A DNA stretch of 64,000 nt from NCBI GenBank assembly GCA_951406725.2, contig OX597822.1, positions 76,322,001 through 76,386,000 on the forward strand. The letters are read 5' to 3'. The notes below the pieces were generated by a model. It ran no database searches and was not told where the DNA came from. It saw only the letters and a program-made list of their open reading frames with translations. This DNA comes from Octopus vulgaris. Taxonomy: Eukaryota. The position numbers and the translations under genes are program-made. Shown in pieces: positions 1 to 13,599 of this stretch; position 1 is the stretch's first letter, and each line of letters begins with the position of its first letter.

Positions 1-230
1 AAAGGCAGAAGGGAAGTGCCCTTTTCGGGCATGCGCAAAGACTGAAGAAAGGAAATGATGATGTGGCATTAGTTGACATTGTTGCAGACGTATTTTCTTC
101 GCTGTCTCCGGACCCTAATATTTGACCAGCTCTGTTTTGCTACTGAACTTGTAAGATTCTTACAAGCGTTAAAGTTCAGCTTTGCCACATCCAGACCCAA
201 GTGGATACCCATACACTACCTTATTTCTTT
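1..230 (-). other. Possible host-gene exon running off the window start (putative ATG at 79)
   Basis: Minus-strand acceptor-like TTTTCTTATCTACAG abuts 230; GCAACAATG at 79 opens a frame (MSTNATSSFPFFSLCACPKRALPFCL...) to the window edge; sequence is non-repetitive. No homology recognised. Confidence 0.2.
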
Positions 231-429
231 CTGTAGATAAGAAAATAAATAATATATATTTTTTAAGGTTGCGTTTGTGTTCTTTGACTGGTAGATTCTG
301 GAAATTAAAAGAACGGAAACTGTGTTGCACCCGAGTTGCACCCCAAAAGTGTAAGAAGCAACTAATTCCCGTTACAAGTTTCAGGCCTTCTGCCAATATA
401 AGAAAGGGCTATCGTTGTTGTTGTTGTTG

Positions 430-625
430 TAAAGGTAGGGAGCTGACAGAATCGTTGGCACGCCGGACAAAATGCTAAGCGGCATTGCGTCCGTTTTGAC
501 GTTCTGAATTCAAATTCCCCCAGGTTTCGATAAAATAATTACCAGTTGAGCACTGGGGTTGGTGTAATCGTCTTTGATCATCCACCGAAATTGCTGGCCT
601 TGTGCCAAAATTCGAAACCATTATT
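430..625 (+). mobile_element. tRNA-derived SINE, family A, degenerate copy
   Basis: Matches the recurrent AAGGCGGCGAGCTGGCAGAA...GAGTTCAAATTCC...ACCAGTTGAGCACTGGGG pattern seen many times in the window. Confidence 0.7.
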
Positions 626-934
626 ATTGATGCTGTTGTTGTTGTTCTGCTTTCAATCAGGGCTCACGCCATTAGCCACAAAGAATAATCTCTAATTCGA
701 GCCTACTCTAAGCTACTAAGAATGCGTGTGGCAACTTGAAAATCCACCCAACACACGCGATAGACTGGCGGTTGCACGGGCGCGAAAGCTACGTTGTTAT
801 CCTAATTTCGTAAACGGTGGCTTTTAACGGGTGGAGAGCTGAACCATCCGGGGGTACAGAGGATTTGCAATCTAGACTAGGGTCTGAAAGTTTTACCACA
901 CCATAGTGGGTTACACCATGGTTCCTCTGCTTTG

Positions 935-1143
935 TGGCAGAAGTAGGAAGAAAGAGTGAGAGAAAGTTGTGGTGAAATAGTACAGCGGGGTTCACCCCCA
1001 CCACCACCACCACCACCGCCGGAGCCTCGTGGAGCTTAGGTGTTTTTGCTCAATAAACACTCACAATGCCCGGTCTATGAATCGAAACCGCGTTCTTACG
1101 ACCACGAGTCCGCTGCCCTAATCCCTGGGCCATTGCGCCTCCA
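935..1143 (-). mobile_element. tRNA-derived SINE, family C, 5' part
   Basis: Reverse complement of the 20040 copy: GGAGGCGCAATGGCCCAG...CGGTTTCGATTC...AAAACACCTAAGCTCCACGAGGCTCCGG. Confidence 0.75.
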
Positions 1144-1304
1144 CTGCTGTTGTTGTTTTTAAGGTAGCAATCTGGAAGAATCATCACCAGGCCAGACAAA
1201 ATGTTAAGCAGTATTTTCTCCGGCTGTTTACATTCTCGGTTCAAATTCTGGTCACGGTGATTTTCCTTGTCATCCTATTGGGATCGATGAAATAAATATC
1301 AGTA

Positions 1305-1366
<62 letters not shown>

Positions 1367-1861
1367 GTATGTATGTATGTATGTATATAGGGCTGGTCGT
1401 CCCGGGGCTACAGTAGAAGACATTTGCCTAAGATGCATTGCATTGGTATCGAACCCAAAACCACATGGCAGCAGAGCGAGCTTCTTAACCACACAGTCAT
1501 ATCTGCTCTACGCTTCTCATTTATTATACTGTTTTTTTTTTTCGTTTCTTTTTTTTTACTTTTATTTTTGTCTTTGAGACGCATTATTTGAACTTCCACG
1601 TTGTCCGTCTATAAACCATTATTCTGTTATGTTCTGAGTTTCGAAACCTTCGTCTTGGAATGTGTGCTTCCTTCTTTCACTCCGTATCTCTTCCCCTTTT
1701 ATGCTTTCCAAGCGTTTATCCGTCTTTCCCACACCCGAAGCAAAACTAACAAACATCCTGTTTACAGTAAGAAGATGTGAAATTTAGAAGGGTGACAGTT
1801 TAAAGGGAAACCCGGAAACTTTTTCGTATACTACACGTGTTTGCACACACACACACACACT

Positions 1862-1927
<66 letters not shown>

Positions 1928-2183
1928 TATTTAAACACTCTGCTACGTACATTAAAAAGCGATAAGGCTTCTCTTTCTTCCTCTTCCTGGTTCAATACAT
2001 ACAATAAATCGTGTTTATGCGTGTGCGTGCGCGTGTGTGCGTGCGCGTGTGTGCGTGCGCGTGTGTGCGTGCGCGCGTTTGTGCGTGTGCGCACGTGAGG
2101 ATATATATGTGTTTGTGTGTATGGATATCTGTCTGTAATGAACTTGCTCGGAAGCGAAAATCTCTTACACACACAAACACTCA

Positions 2184-2226
<43 letters not shown>

Positions 2227-3036
2227 AAATCTGTCTTTCTATCTATCTTCATATATATATATATATATATATATAAATAATAAATTAATAAAATATATGC
2301 ATATATACATACATATATGTACGTACCTACCTCTACATGTATACATACATGCATATATGGGTACAGGACACCAAAAAAACGTCGAACACAATGAGAAACG
2401 AAACCATAAATACAAAACCAAGGAAATGGACATTTTTTTAAAACAACGAAAAAATAGAGTACAGGACATACAAAACAAGGAAAATTCCCCTTCTTCAGTC
2501 GCCTTAATTTCATCTACTCCACGTTTCGAAGGTCAAGGCGATACATGTCTTCGATGAAATTTTCCTTCCCGCGAAAATCAAATTAAATAAAATTTGAGAT
2601 TTTTTGGCAGAGGGGTAAAAATGGTAACAAAAACAGGATAGTAACGAATATATATATCAAGGTAGTGCTACAACATGGCCACAGTCTAATGACGGAAACA
2701 AGTAAATGATAAAGATAATTAATAATTAGTTTAGTTTAATTTAGTATAAGTATAGAAAGTGATACGCTTTCATTACTGATACATTATTACATTACCCTAT
2801 CTGATGCTATAAAAGACGCTTGGACGTATTAGACGAACCCCACTTTCAACAGCGCATTTGAAGAGAGAACCTTCTTAGCACGTTCTAAAGATATTTTTTA
2901 GAAAAACAGATGCGTTATTTCCAATATTTTACTCTAAAAAAGGCGGCTAGCTGGCAGAATCGTTAAGTTGCTTAAAACACGGGGGAATAACACCAACTCA
3001 AGTGGATGGTCGAGTTGTTTAATAATAATGCTCAGC

Positions 3037-3460
3037 AAGGCAGCGAGGTGGCGGAAACGTTAGCACGCCGGGCGAAATACCAAGCGGTATTTCGTCTGCC
3101 GCTACGTTCTGAGTTCAAATTCCGCCGAGGTTGACTTTGCCTTTCATCCTTTCGGGGGTCGATTAAATAAGTACCAGTTACGTACTGGGGTCGATATAAT
3201 CGACTTAATCCGTTTGTCTATCCTTGTTTGTCCTTTCTGTGTTTAGCCCCTTGTGGATAGTAAAGAAATAGGTATTTCGTCTGTCTTTACGTTCTGGGTT
3301 CAAATTCCGCCGAGGTCGACTTTGCCTTTCATCCTTTCGGGGGTCGATTAAATAAGTACCAGTTACGTACTGGGGTCGATATAATCGAATTAATCCGCTT
3401 GTCTGTTCTTGTTTGTCCTCTCTGTGTTTAGCCCCTTGTGGGTAGTAAAAAAATGGGTAT
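3037..3460 (+). mobile_element. SINE family A with internal tandem duplication
   Basis: Head with B-box-like GAGTTCAAATTCC followed by two ~180-bp copies of the body. Confidence 0.8.
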
Positions 3461-4394
3461 TCTGTGTCTAGGGTAGAAAAGAATATTTTAATCTAAAGTC
3501 TCTCTTGAAAATAAATTTAAAAAATAGGTTGTCTTCTTTGTTTTATTTATTTTATTGTTTATCTTTTACGTGTGTCAGTCATTATACTGTGGCCATGCTG
3601 GGGCACTGCTTTGAAGAATGAATCGACCCCACCCACCCCTACTTATTTTTTAAAGCCTAGTACTTATTCCAACGGTCTCTTTTTGCTGAACCGTTAAGTT
3701 ACAGGGTAGTAAACGCACCTACACCGAAATTGCTGGCCTTGTGCCAAAATTGGAAACTATAATTTCTTGAAAGCATAAGGCGGAGGACTGGCATAATCGT
3801 TAACATGCCGGACAAAATGCTTAGCGACATTTCGTCCGTCTTGAGTTCAAATTCCCGCCCGAGGTCCACTTGACCTTTAATCCTTTCAAAGTCGATGAAA
3901 AAAGTACCCGTTGAGCACTGGGGTGTGTGATATAATTGACTTCTCCCCCCTCCCCCCAGTTTCAAGCCTTGTGTCTACACTAGAATGGATATATGTTCAA
4001 AGGTATATTGCCCCTAAATAATTTTGTCCGACCTCTATGATATATTCGATGTGATAATCACAGCTGGAACGCTTTTTATCACAGGTCAGTTGAATCAGAG
4101 TTCAACGGAAGCGAAACCACAGTAACGAGTTTCTACCATCGATTTCAGGCGTTAACTCAAGGTCACAAATTACCGAGTGGGTGTATAATCAATCGCATCG
4201 ATTCCAATACTTGACTGATATTTATTTTATCAACTTTAAAGTGATGTTTGCCGCAGTCATCGCCGATTGGATTTTTAATGCGGAACGTAACTAAATAACG
4301 CAAACAATTCGTTTGAGACTTGATAGGTTTCTGCGTCAGTGCCTTTCAGTTTATTCAGATATTGAGAAAACCAGGGTTTAAAAAAGAAAATAAA

Positions 4395-4700
4395 AATGGC
4401 GCTCCGTCGCTTACGACGAGGAAGGTTCCAGTTGATCCGATCAATAGAAAAGCCTGCTCGTGGAATTTAACGGCGAAAGTGGTTGAGCACTCTGAGAAAT
4501 GAATATAACTCTTAGGGAGATTCGGCTTGACACAGAATGTGACGAGGTTGGCCTTTTGATATACAGGTACAACTCATTTTTGCCACCTAACTAGGCTAGA
4601 GGAAGGTGAGAAAAAAGTACCCTGCTCAAGGGCACAACGAGTCACCGGGAATTGAACTCACGACCTTATGATGCGGAGCCGAATATCACTAAGCTACGAG
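4395..4700 (-). mobile_element. tRNA-derived SINE (same family as 58600-59520)
   Basis: Minus strand reads GTCGTGAGTTCAATTCCC...TGTGCCCTTGAGCAG...GTTGATCGGATCAACTGGAACC, shared with the 58600-59520 copy. Confidence 0.65.
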
Positions 4701-4849
4701 CCTTCGCTGGGGGTGAGGGTAGGGCTTAAAGGGTGTAAGGTCAGAGCCGGTTTAAAAGGCGCTTAGTCGGCTCGTCACCCGGAGTACAGTGTGCTAGGAC
4801 ATCACGCTATGTGTTTACCTATAATTGTGGCTACGGAAGAGAGAAGATA

Positions 4850-5330
4850 CTTTTCTACCCTAGACACAAGGTCCAGATTTTTGGTGGGGAGGGAGCCAGT
4901 GGATAAGATCGACCCCAGTACGCAACTGGTATTTAATTTAATCGACCCCGAAAGGATGAAAGACAAAGTCGACCTCGGCGGAATTTGAACTCAGACCGTA
5001 ACGGCAGACGAAATACCTATTTCTTTACTATCCACAAGGGGCTAAACACAGAAAGGACAAACAAGGACAAACGGATTAAGTCGATTATATCGACCCCAGT
5101 GCGTAACTGGTACTTATTTAATCGACCCCGAAAGGATGGAAAGCAAAGTCGACCTCGGCGGAATTTGAACTCAGAACGTAGCGGCAGACGAAATACCTAC
5201 TTCTTTACTACCCACAAGGGGCTAAACACAGAGAGGACAAACAAGGACAGACAAACGGATTAAGTCGATTACATCGATTCCAGTGCTTCGCCCGGCGTGC
5301 TAACGTTTCCTCCAGCTCGCCGCCTTGCTG
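4850..5330 (-). mobile_element. SINE family A, tandemly duplicated body
   Basis: Reverse complement of the 3037-3460 and 7157-8000 copies. Confidence 0.8.
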
Positions 5331-7002
5331 AGCATTATTCTTAAATGACTCGACCATCCACTTGAGTTGATGTTATTCCCCGTGTTTTTAGCTACTATAA
5401 CAATATTTGATGTTTAATAATTTGAAATTGTATAAACTGGAAGGTTAAATTTTTTGGCAAATTCACTCCAGTCCCTAGATTGCGCCCCTTGCTGGTGCTC
5501 TCTTACATTTTTATTTCCTTTCACTAAATAACGCAGATCCACAATATCTGGATTCGTTGACCTCCTTTAGTACATCACCAATACAGTCACACAAGAAGCT
5601 CGGCTTCATAGCTAATTGAGATGTATTCAGTTTTCACAGTACTAATTATAAGAGTCACAAGGGAGACAGAAATGCAATGTTTGACGTGGTCCACCGTTTT
5701 TGTACAGAAGTATTCTCTCCTCTGATACCACCAGTGGATCGGCGCGATAATGTTTAACTCCCAACATTAACGCGCCTCCACCAAACAAAGGAAACCTCAT
5801 ATTTATGATCAATTACAGAGGAATCTCGTTAATGTTAATAGCAACTATAGTTTACAATAAAACCTTGTCGCATGGGATTTGTATTTATATTGACTCTATC
5901 GTCGAGAACAACAAAGCAGGATTCCTACAGGGGGGATGTTGTTCCTAGAAAAATCATATCTTGTGAAGGATCACAGCTGGTTTCAAAGGCAAACGGTTTC
6001 CAATAAATATTACATTTATTTCGGAGAAGTACTTGCTTGACAAGTGATTTAATCCGTTTCCAATAAACATTACATTTATTTCGATGTACTTGCCCGGTAT
6101 TCGGTTTCATCTGAGACCGTATGTTGAAACTGAGACAATTACAGCGTAGAGGACACATATTAACCCTTCAAAAACACACAAAGACTCTTAAACCTCACTT
6201 AAACACTTATCATTTGGTGTCAAAATTTTCGTCGCGCTAACTGCGACCTGGTCAGTGATACGATTCCATTACAACTAGTTTCAGGCGAGGCTGTTGATCA
6301 ATATATCTGAATTTCCGGGTTATAAATATAATATGTTTTCATCTCTATAAGTCAGTCATTTATTTTGTCATCACCAAGTTCTCACAGTTTGTCAGTTAGC
6401 TTGGCATTTATAATTCACAAACCGTGTCTAACATTTATTGACTTCAAGAAAGTATTTGATTTCATCAATAGCGATATATTACAGTCTTGTGCCGCTATGA
6501 AATTCCCTAAGCCATAGTAAATGCAGTTCTATATTTAAGAAATTAGGAATTATGTAATTATTTACATTATTTACATTTGATGGATATTTGTCCTCATCTT
6601 CTTTGTTGTTAACACAACGTTTCGGCTGATATACCCTCCAGCCTTCATCATAGGCATATGGCATAGTGGTTAAGAGCGCGGGCTATTAATACCAAGATTC
6701 AACCAAATTCACTTGCAAGACATTAGTCAGCCTGTGGCTATAGCAGAAGATAGTTGTGCAATGTGTCGCACGGTGGAACTGAACCTGATGCCACGTGTTT
6801 GCAAAGCAAGCGTCTTAACCTCACACCCATGACTGCAGCCATAGCCATACCAGTGTGTGTATGTGCATCTGCATACGAGCGAATGACAGGTTTGAAAATA
6901 ACTGATTGGTTAGCTGGCGGAAACTACGACTGTCTGAACGTCATGTTGAGATTCAAAGGGAAAAGAGAAAAAAAAGATAGAAAACAAGAATACACACACA
7001 CA

Positions 7003-7058
<56 letters not shown>

Positions 7059-7156
7059 CGCACAGACGTCTTGGGAAAAAATAACCTTAACTATCAAGAG
7101 ACCCCGGAGGAGAGCATGGAATTTAAATGATGACGTAGTCATACTCATCAGGTTGT

Positions 7157-8000
7157 AGGCGGCGAGCTGACAGAAACGTTAGCACGCCGGGCGAAGTGCT
7201 TAGCGGTATTTCGTCTGCCGTTGCGTTCTGAGTTCAAATTCCGCCGAGGTCGACTTTGCCTTTCATCCTTTCGGGGTCGGTAAATTAAGTACCAGTTACG
7301 CACTCGGGTCGATATAATCGACTTAATCCGTTTGTCTGTCCTTGTTTCTCCCCTCTATGTTTAGCCCTTTGTGGGCAATAAAGAAATAAGAAACGTTAGC
7401 ACGCCGGGCGAAATGCTTAGCTGTATTTCGTCTGTCTTTACGTTCTGAGTCCAAATTTCGCCGAGGTCGACTTTGTCTTTCATCCTTTCGAGGTCGATAA
7501 ATTAAGTACCAATTACGTACTGGGGTCGATCTAATCGACTGGGCCCTTTCTCCAAAAATTTCGGGCCTTGTACTTAGAGTAGAAAAGAATATTTTATGGA
7601 CGCTAAGGCGGCGAACTAGCAGAATCATTAGCACACTCGACGAAATGCTTAGCAGCATTTCGTCTGTCTTCATGTTCTGAGTTCAAATTCTGCCCAAGTT
7701 GACTTTGTCTTTCATCTTTGCGGGGTTGCGTACTGAAGGCGATCTAATCGACTGATCCCGTCCCCCAAAATTTTGGGCCTTGGGCCTAGAGTAGAAAAGA
7801 ATATTTCATGGACGCCAAGGCGGCAAGCTGGCAGAATTGTTAGCACGCCGGGCGAAATACTTAGGGGTATTTCGTCTGTCTTTACGTTCTGAGTTCAAAT
7901 TCCGGTGGTCGATAAATTAAGTACTTGCTGCGTACTGGGATCGATCTAATCGACTGGCGTCCTCCTCCAAAGTTTCGGGGGCTTGTGCCTAGAGTAGAAA
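7157..8000 (+). mobile_element. Cluster of about four tandem SINE family A units
   Basis: Repeated GGCGGCGAGCTG...GTTAGCACGCCGGGCGAA...GAGTTCAAATTCC...GGGCCTTGTGCCTAGAGTAGAAAAGAAT units. Confidence 0.8.
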
Positions 8001-8919
8001 AAAAATACTTATCAGGTTCGCCATGTTACCACTATAGCCGGCAGCAATAAACTCTACTACTTTGACATTGTAACCTACCAAAATCTATAGACACACCTTC
8101 AGCAAAGGTTTTTCTATCTTATACACTGCCAGACGCATCAATCTTTCATCTATTAAAGTGACTTGACCACTCTGGAATGCGTGGGAGCGTATGTTTATCA
8201 GTGTGTATATAGGGAGATGTGTAGTTGCGTATGTAAGTGTAAATATATACGTATACGTACATACATACATAAATGAACATTACACATATCTTTATATATA
8301 TATATGTATGTATGTATATGTATATATATATCCAAACATCAGTACGTATTTACATATATATATATACATTCGTAGGCGTATACACATACACACACATATA
8401 TATATATTATATATATCTGCTTTTGTGTATGTGTATATATGTATGTATGTATTTTATCTATATTTCCTCTTTTATTCTTTTATTTGTTTCAGTCATTTGA
8501 CATCAGCCATGTGTATCTATGTGTATATGTGTATACATATGTATATGTATGCTTATATGCACATACACACACACACATATATATATACAAACTTACATAC
8601 ATAAATTTATACATGTACGTACAATATATATGTATGCACGTATATATATATACGCTCTATTTTGTATGACTGTATGTACATATATACATCATTATATAAT
8701 TTTAAATTTTCCCCAGTTACCAATTTCTACGTAATTGCCGACTAATTTCTTTGTTTCGTTGTTTCCTTTTCTTTCTGCATTTTTTTTTTCCTTTTTAATT
8801 AACTTTCGGCTATAATTATAGCCTTTAACAGACGAAAATCAGCGACGCAAACTATTTCATGTCTATTTGATTAGACATGGTCTCCCCCACTCCATCTCTT
8901 TCTTTCTTCCATTTTATCG

Positions 8920-8975
<56 letters not shown>

Positions 8976-9083
8976 CTATCTATCTATCTATCTCTCTATC
9001 TATCTATCTATCTATCGATCGATCTATCTATCTATCAACCTTTCTATCTACCATTATATCAATTTATCTATCTATCTATCTAA

Positions 9084-9140
<57 letters not shown>

Positions 9141-9141
9141 A

Positions 9142-9228
<87 letters not shown>

Positions 9229-9249
9229 AATCAATCAATCTATCTATCA

Positions 9250-9312
<63 letters not shown>

Positions 9313-9326
9313 AATCTATCTGTTTA

Positions 9327-9371
<45 letters not shown>

Positions 9372-9402
9372 CTATCTATCTATCTATCAATCTATCTGTT
9401 TA

Positions 9403-9470
<68 letters not shown>

Positions 9471-9479
9471 AATCAATCA

Positions 9480-9534
<55 letters not shown>

Positions 9535-9555
9535 AATCAATCAATCTATCTATCA

Positions 9556-9630
<75 letters not shown>

Positions 9631-9644
9631 AATCTATCTGTTTA

Positions 9645-9712
<68 letters not shown>

Positions 9713-9730
9713 CCTACCTATATATCTATC
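8920..9730. repeat. (TCTA)n / GATA-type microsatellite block
   Basis: Direct inspection; accounts for the spurious 318-aa ORF. Confidence 0.95.
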
Positions 9731-9966
9731 TATTTGGCTGTCTTTCTCTCCGACCAGAATGTCCTTCGAAAATGGCCAGAGCAGTATGTGAGTCTCCGTT
9801 GGGAATTAGGAATCGTACGTTAATACGCAATTAGGCTGGCTTTTCAAGAATCTTCCGCACTTGACTTCACTTACATACAAACATACATACCTACATATAT
9901 ACCTACATATATGCACTCATAAAGGCATACATGCAAGCAGACATTCGTACACACGACGTACATGCA

Positions 9967-10041
<75 letters not shown>

Positions 10042-10179
10042 ATACATATATACATATATATATATATACTTCTTAAAAGAACATGTGAGTACTCATGCAT
10101 GCATACATACATACATGTATACATACGTTTGTAAGCGAACCGTTGATTAGTGGATCTACATATATATAATAATTATATA

Positions 10180-10230
<51 letters not shown>

Positions 10231-10417
10231 TGTATAGAAGTATGTTGATTGCCGTAATGTTACTAAGTAGGTAGATAATTGGCTACCATGTAAATGTAGT
10301 TTGGAGGTTGAAGACCAGCCAGATATTCGGTTAGCGTTGCAACGAAAACATTGATCATATTAAGGGCATGTAATTGCTCACGTGCGCGTTCCTACACACA
10401 CACACATACACACACAT

Positions 10418-10469
<52 letters not shown>

Positions 10470-10504
10470 ATACGTCTACGTACGTATATATATATATATA
10501 TATA

Positions 10505-10728
10505 TTCCTTTATTCCTTTACTTGTTTCAGTCATTTGACTGCGGCGATCCTGGAGCATCGCCTTTAGTCGAGCAAATCGACCCCAGGACTTATTCTTTGT
10601 AAGCCTATTACTTATTTTATCGGACTCTTTTGCCGAACCGCTACGTGACGGGGATGTAAACACACCAGCATCGGTTGTCAAGCGATGGTGGGGGAAGGGA
10701 CAAACACAGACTAACAAACACATACTTA

Positions 10729-10807
<79 letters not shown>

Positions 10808-10973
10808 ATATATGACGGGCTTCTTTCAGTTTCCGTCTACCAAATCCACTCACAAGGCTTTGGTCGGCTCAAGGCTATAGCAGAAGACACTTGCCCCAGG
10901 TGCCATGCAGGGGCACTGAACAAGGAACCATGTGGCTGGTAAGCAAGCTTCTTACCACTCAGCCACTCCTGCG

Positions 10974-10976
<3 letters not shown>
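10505..10976 (-). mobile_element. tRNA-derived SINE, family B, full length with internal (CA)n
   Basis: Minus strand begins AGGCGCAGGAGTGGCTGAGTGGTAAG (A-box-like), has GTTCAGT (B-box-like) and ends GACTGAAACAAGTAAAGG. Confidence 0.85.
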
Positions 10977-11040
<64 letters not shown>

Positions 11041-11044
<4 letters not shown>

Positions 11045-11455
11045 CGTGGCTATGTGGTAAGAAAGTTTATGTTCCAACCACATGGTTCCGGGTTCTGTCC
11101 CAAGTGTCCTCTGCTATAGCTACAGAGCGACCAAAGCCATGTGGATGAATTTGGTTGACGGAATCGGAAGAAAGCCCGTTGAATATATAATGTATATATG
11201 TATATAGTAATGTGTGTGTATGTGTGTGTGTGTGTCTTTGTTTCTGTGTTTGTTTCTCACTATCACTTGACTACTGGTATTGGTGTGTTTAGGCCCCTCG
11301 TGACTTAGAGGTTCGGCAAAAGCGACCCATATAATAAGGACGAGACTTTAATGAAAAATATAAAAGTACTGAGATCGATTCATTCGATTAAAAATAAAGT
11401 CTTTAAGTCGGTGCCCAGCATGGCCGCAGTCTAATGACTGAAGCGAGCAAAAGGC
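11041..11455 (+). mobile_element. SINE family B, head-to-head with the 10505-10976 copy
   Basis: GGCGTGGCTATGTGGTAAG...CCACATGGTTCCGGGTTC...CAGCATGGCCGCAGTCTAATGACTGAA. Confidence 0.75.
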
Positions 11456-11680
11456 AAAAATAATTCCTGTTGATGTTTATGTGTGTATTTAATCTAAGGA
11501 AATACCCTAGGCGCAGGTGTAGCTGTTGGTAAGAAGCTTGCTTCTCAACCACATGGTTCTAGGTTCAGTCCTACTGCGTGGTACCTTGGGCAAAGTGCCT
11601 TCTAGTATAGCCTTGGGCCGCTCAAAACCTTGAGTGTGAATTTGGTACACGGAACCTGATAGAAGCCCGCCGTTTATATA

Positions 11681-11780
11681 NNNNNNNNNNNNNNNNNNNN
11701 NNNNNNNNNNNNNNNNNNNNNNNNNNNNNNNNNNNNNNNNNNNNNNNNNNNNNNNNNNNNNNNNNNNNNNNNNNNNNNNN
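11681..11780. other. Assembly gap (100 N)
   Basis: Run of N. Confidence 1.
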
Positions 11781-12051
11781 CATGTATGTATTTATGTGTG
11801 TGCATATGGCTTTATATCTATTTGTGTATATAATTTACATTATACATCTGTATGCACATATATATACTCACACAAATATGTTTACATATACACATATATA
11901 AACTATATAAACACATATTTAAGAAAAAAGTCATGCATACATATAAAAGTAGGCGGTACTAACGTCATTAAATATGCGCTTGTGCGTGCGTGCGTGTGTA
12001 TATGTGTATGTGCATGCGTGTATGTGTGTGTAGGTGTACATACATATACAT

Positions 12052-12163
<112 letters not shown>

Positions 12164-12292
12164 GCGTGTGCTGGTGCGCAAGCGTGTGTTTGTGTAGGGT
12201 TGTTGTTCTCTAGCGTTGCTCACTTCGTTGCCAAGCGAGCTGTTTGTGTTGATGAAGTATCATTTTTGCCTTTATCATCATATCAGCACTCA

Positions 12293-12331
<39 letters not shown>

Positions 12332-13018
12332 TCCGAGGTGCAAATAGGCAATAAGCCTGAATAATCTCATTAGCAAGTCGGCTGAAGGTAATCTGTTGGA
12401 GAACGATATCATATTTCAAATGTTTAAATTGAAAGACGCCGCCGTTTTAAAGCCAGCGTAAGATTAGTTGATAAAGACATCGATGACACGCAATCCAAGT
12501 GAATCTAGTTCATCCCTCATTTTTTGTTCCTTCTTAATTAATAAAAACGTTGTTGTTGCCGACGTATATTCATTTATTTATTCATTCATTCATTCATTCT
12601 TTCATTCATTTGGAAAGAATTACTTGGAGTATCGACTGAAAAGTTACATTAACCTGACGCGTATCTCCGCGTTTTAACAATTGCTCCAAGCGTGTATTTT
12701 TTACTTTATCACGTCACCACTCGCCGGTACTCACGTATGCTACTTCTTACGTTTTTGTTGTTTATTTTCTGTTCTTTAAATAAATTACTTAGAGCAGCGT
12801 CGTTGGGGAGGCGAAGGGTGGTTCACACCGGGCGACGCTTTTATAGGATCGGCACTTTATAAAATCAGCTGTAAAAGCCTATATATAGGGCGTAAGGGAG
12901 ACTGCAACTCCAGGATTGGCCAGGTCAGTACACATTCTAGCTACGTTACTAATGGCCTGGATCCGAAACGTCAATTTTCATTTTTCAGTAGGGAAATATA
13001 TCGATATAACATTTATTA

Positions 13019-13584
13019 TTGGGTTGTCCGAAAAGTTCGTGCCGATTTATAGTAGCTTACCTTTCGACTTATTTTAGAGCATGGTTTAGTCCATAAAATA
13101 GGATTTGACTACACCTCCATTTAGAGCACAGTTTAAGCTATCTTTTCGTGGAAGAAGGTTTATGCTCCTATAACCTGTGTTAATTCTGTAACCCTTTAAA
13201 ATGGAAGATAAGAAAGTTCATTTTCGGCACTTGATGCTTTGGGAACCAGACAAAATTTGCTGCAGCTCGGCTGGGATGTGTTACCCCACCCTCCATATTC
13301 ACCAGATATTGCTCCTTCTGATTTACACTTATTCAGGTCTCTGCAGAATAGTCTTAATGATAAAAATTTCAATTCCTTGGATGACGTAAAAAGATACCTT
13401 TATGAATTATTTGCCACGAAACAACCTCAATTCTGGGAAGAGGGTATTTTCAAGTTAAAGGAAAAATGGAGACGCATTGTGCAAAAAAATACTTCATATT
13501 TGGTTGATTAAAAATGTAATGGCAAGTATTTATTGACCTTTTTCCTGCCTTTAAAAATCGGCACGAACTTTCCGGACAACCCAA
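13019..13584 (+). mobile_element. Internally deleted mariner (DD34D-type) transposon
   Basis: TIRs TTGGGTTGTCCGAAAAGTTCGTGCCGATTT / AAATCGGCACGAACTTTCCGGACAACCCAA flanked by TA; N-terminal MEDKKVHFRHLMLWE joined to C-terminal LGWDVLPHPPYSPDIAPSDLHLFRSLQN (mariner YSPDLAP motif). Confidence 0.92.
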
Positions 13585-13599
13585 TATTATTTTGATGAA

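Noticed and set aside
2350-2650. Hammerhead-like CTGAAGA and GAAACG words (also CTGATGA at ~51505 and ~35842)
   Set aside because: Could not build consistent stems I-III around the core words.
8867-9823. 318-aa ORF (IYLS repeats) and the many YI/CV/HT/poly-I/poly-M ORFs across the window
   Set aside because: Translations of TCTA, TA, CA, CAT and AAT microsatellites that happen to lack stops; no domain content.
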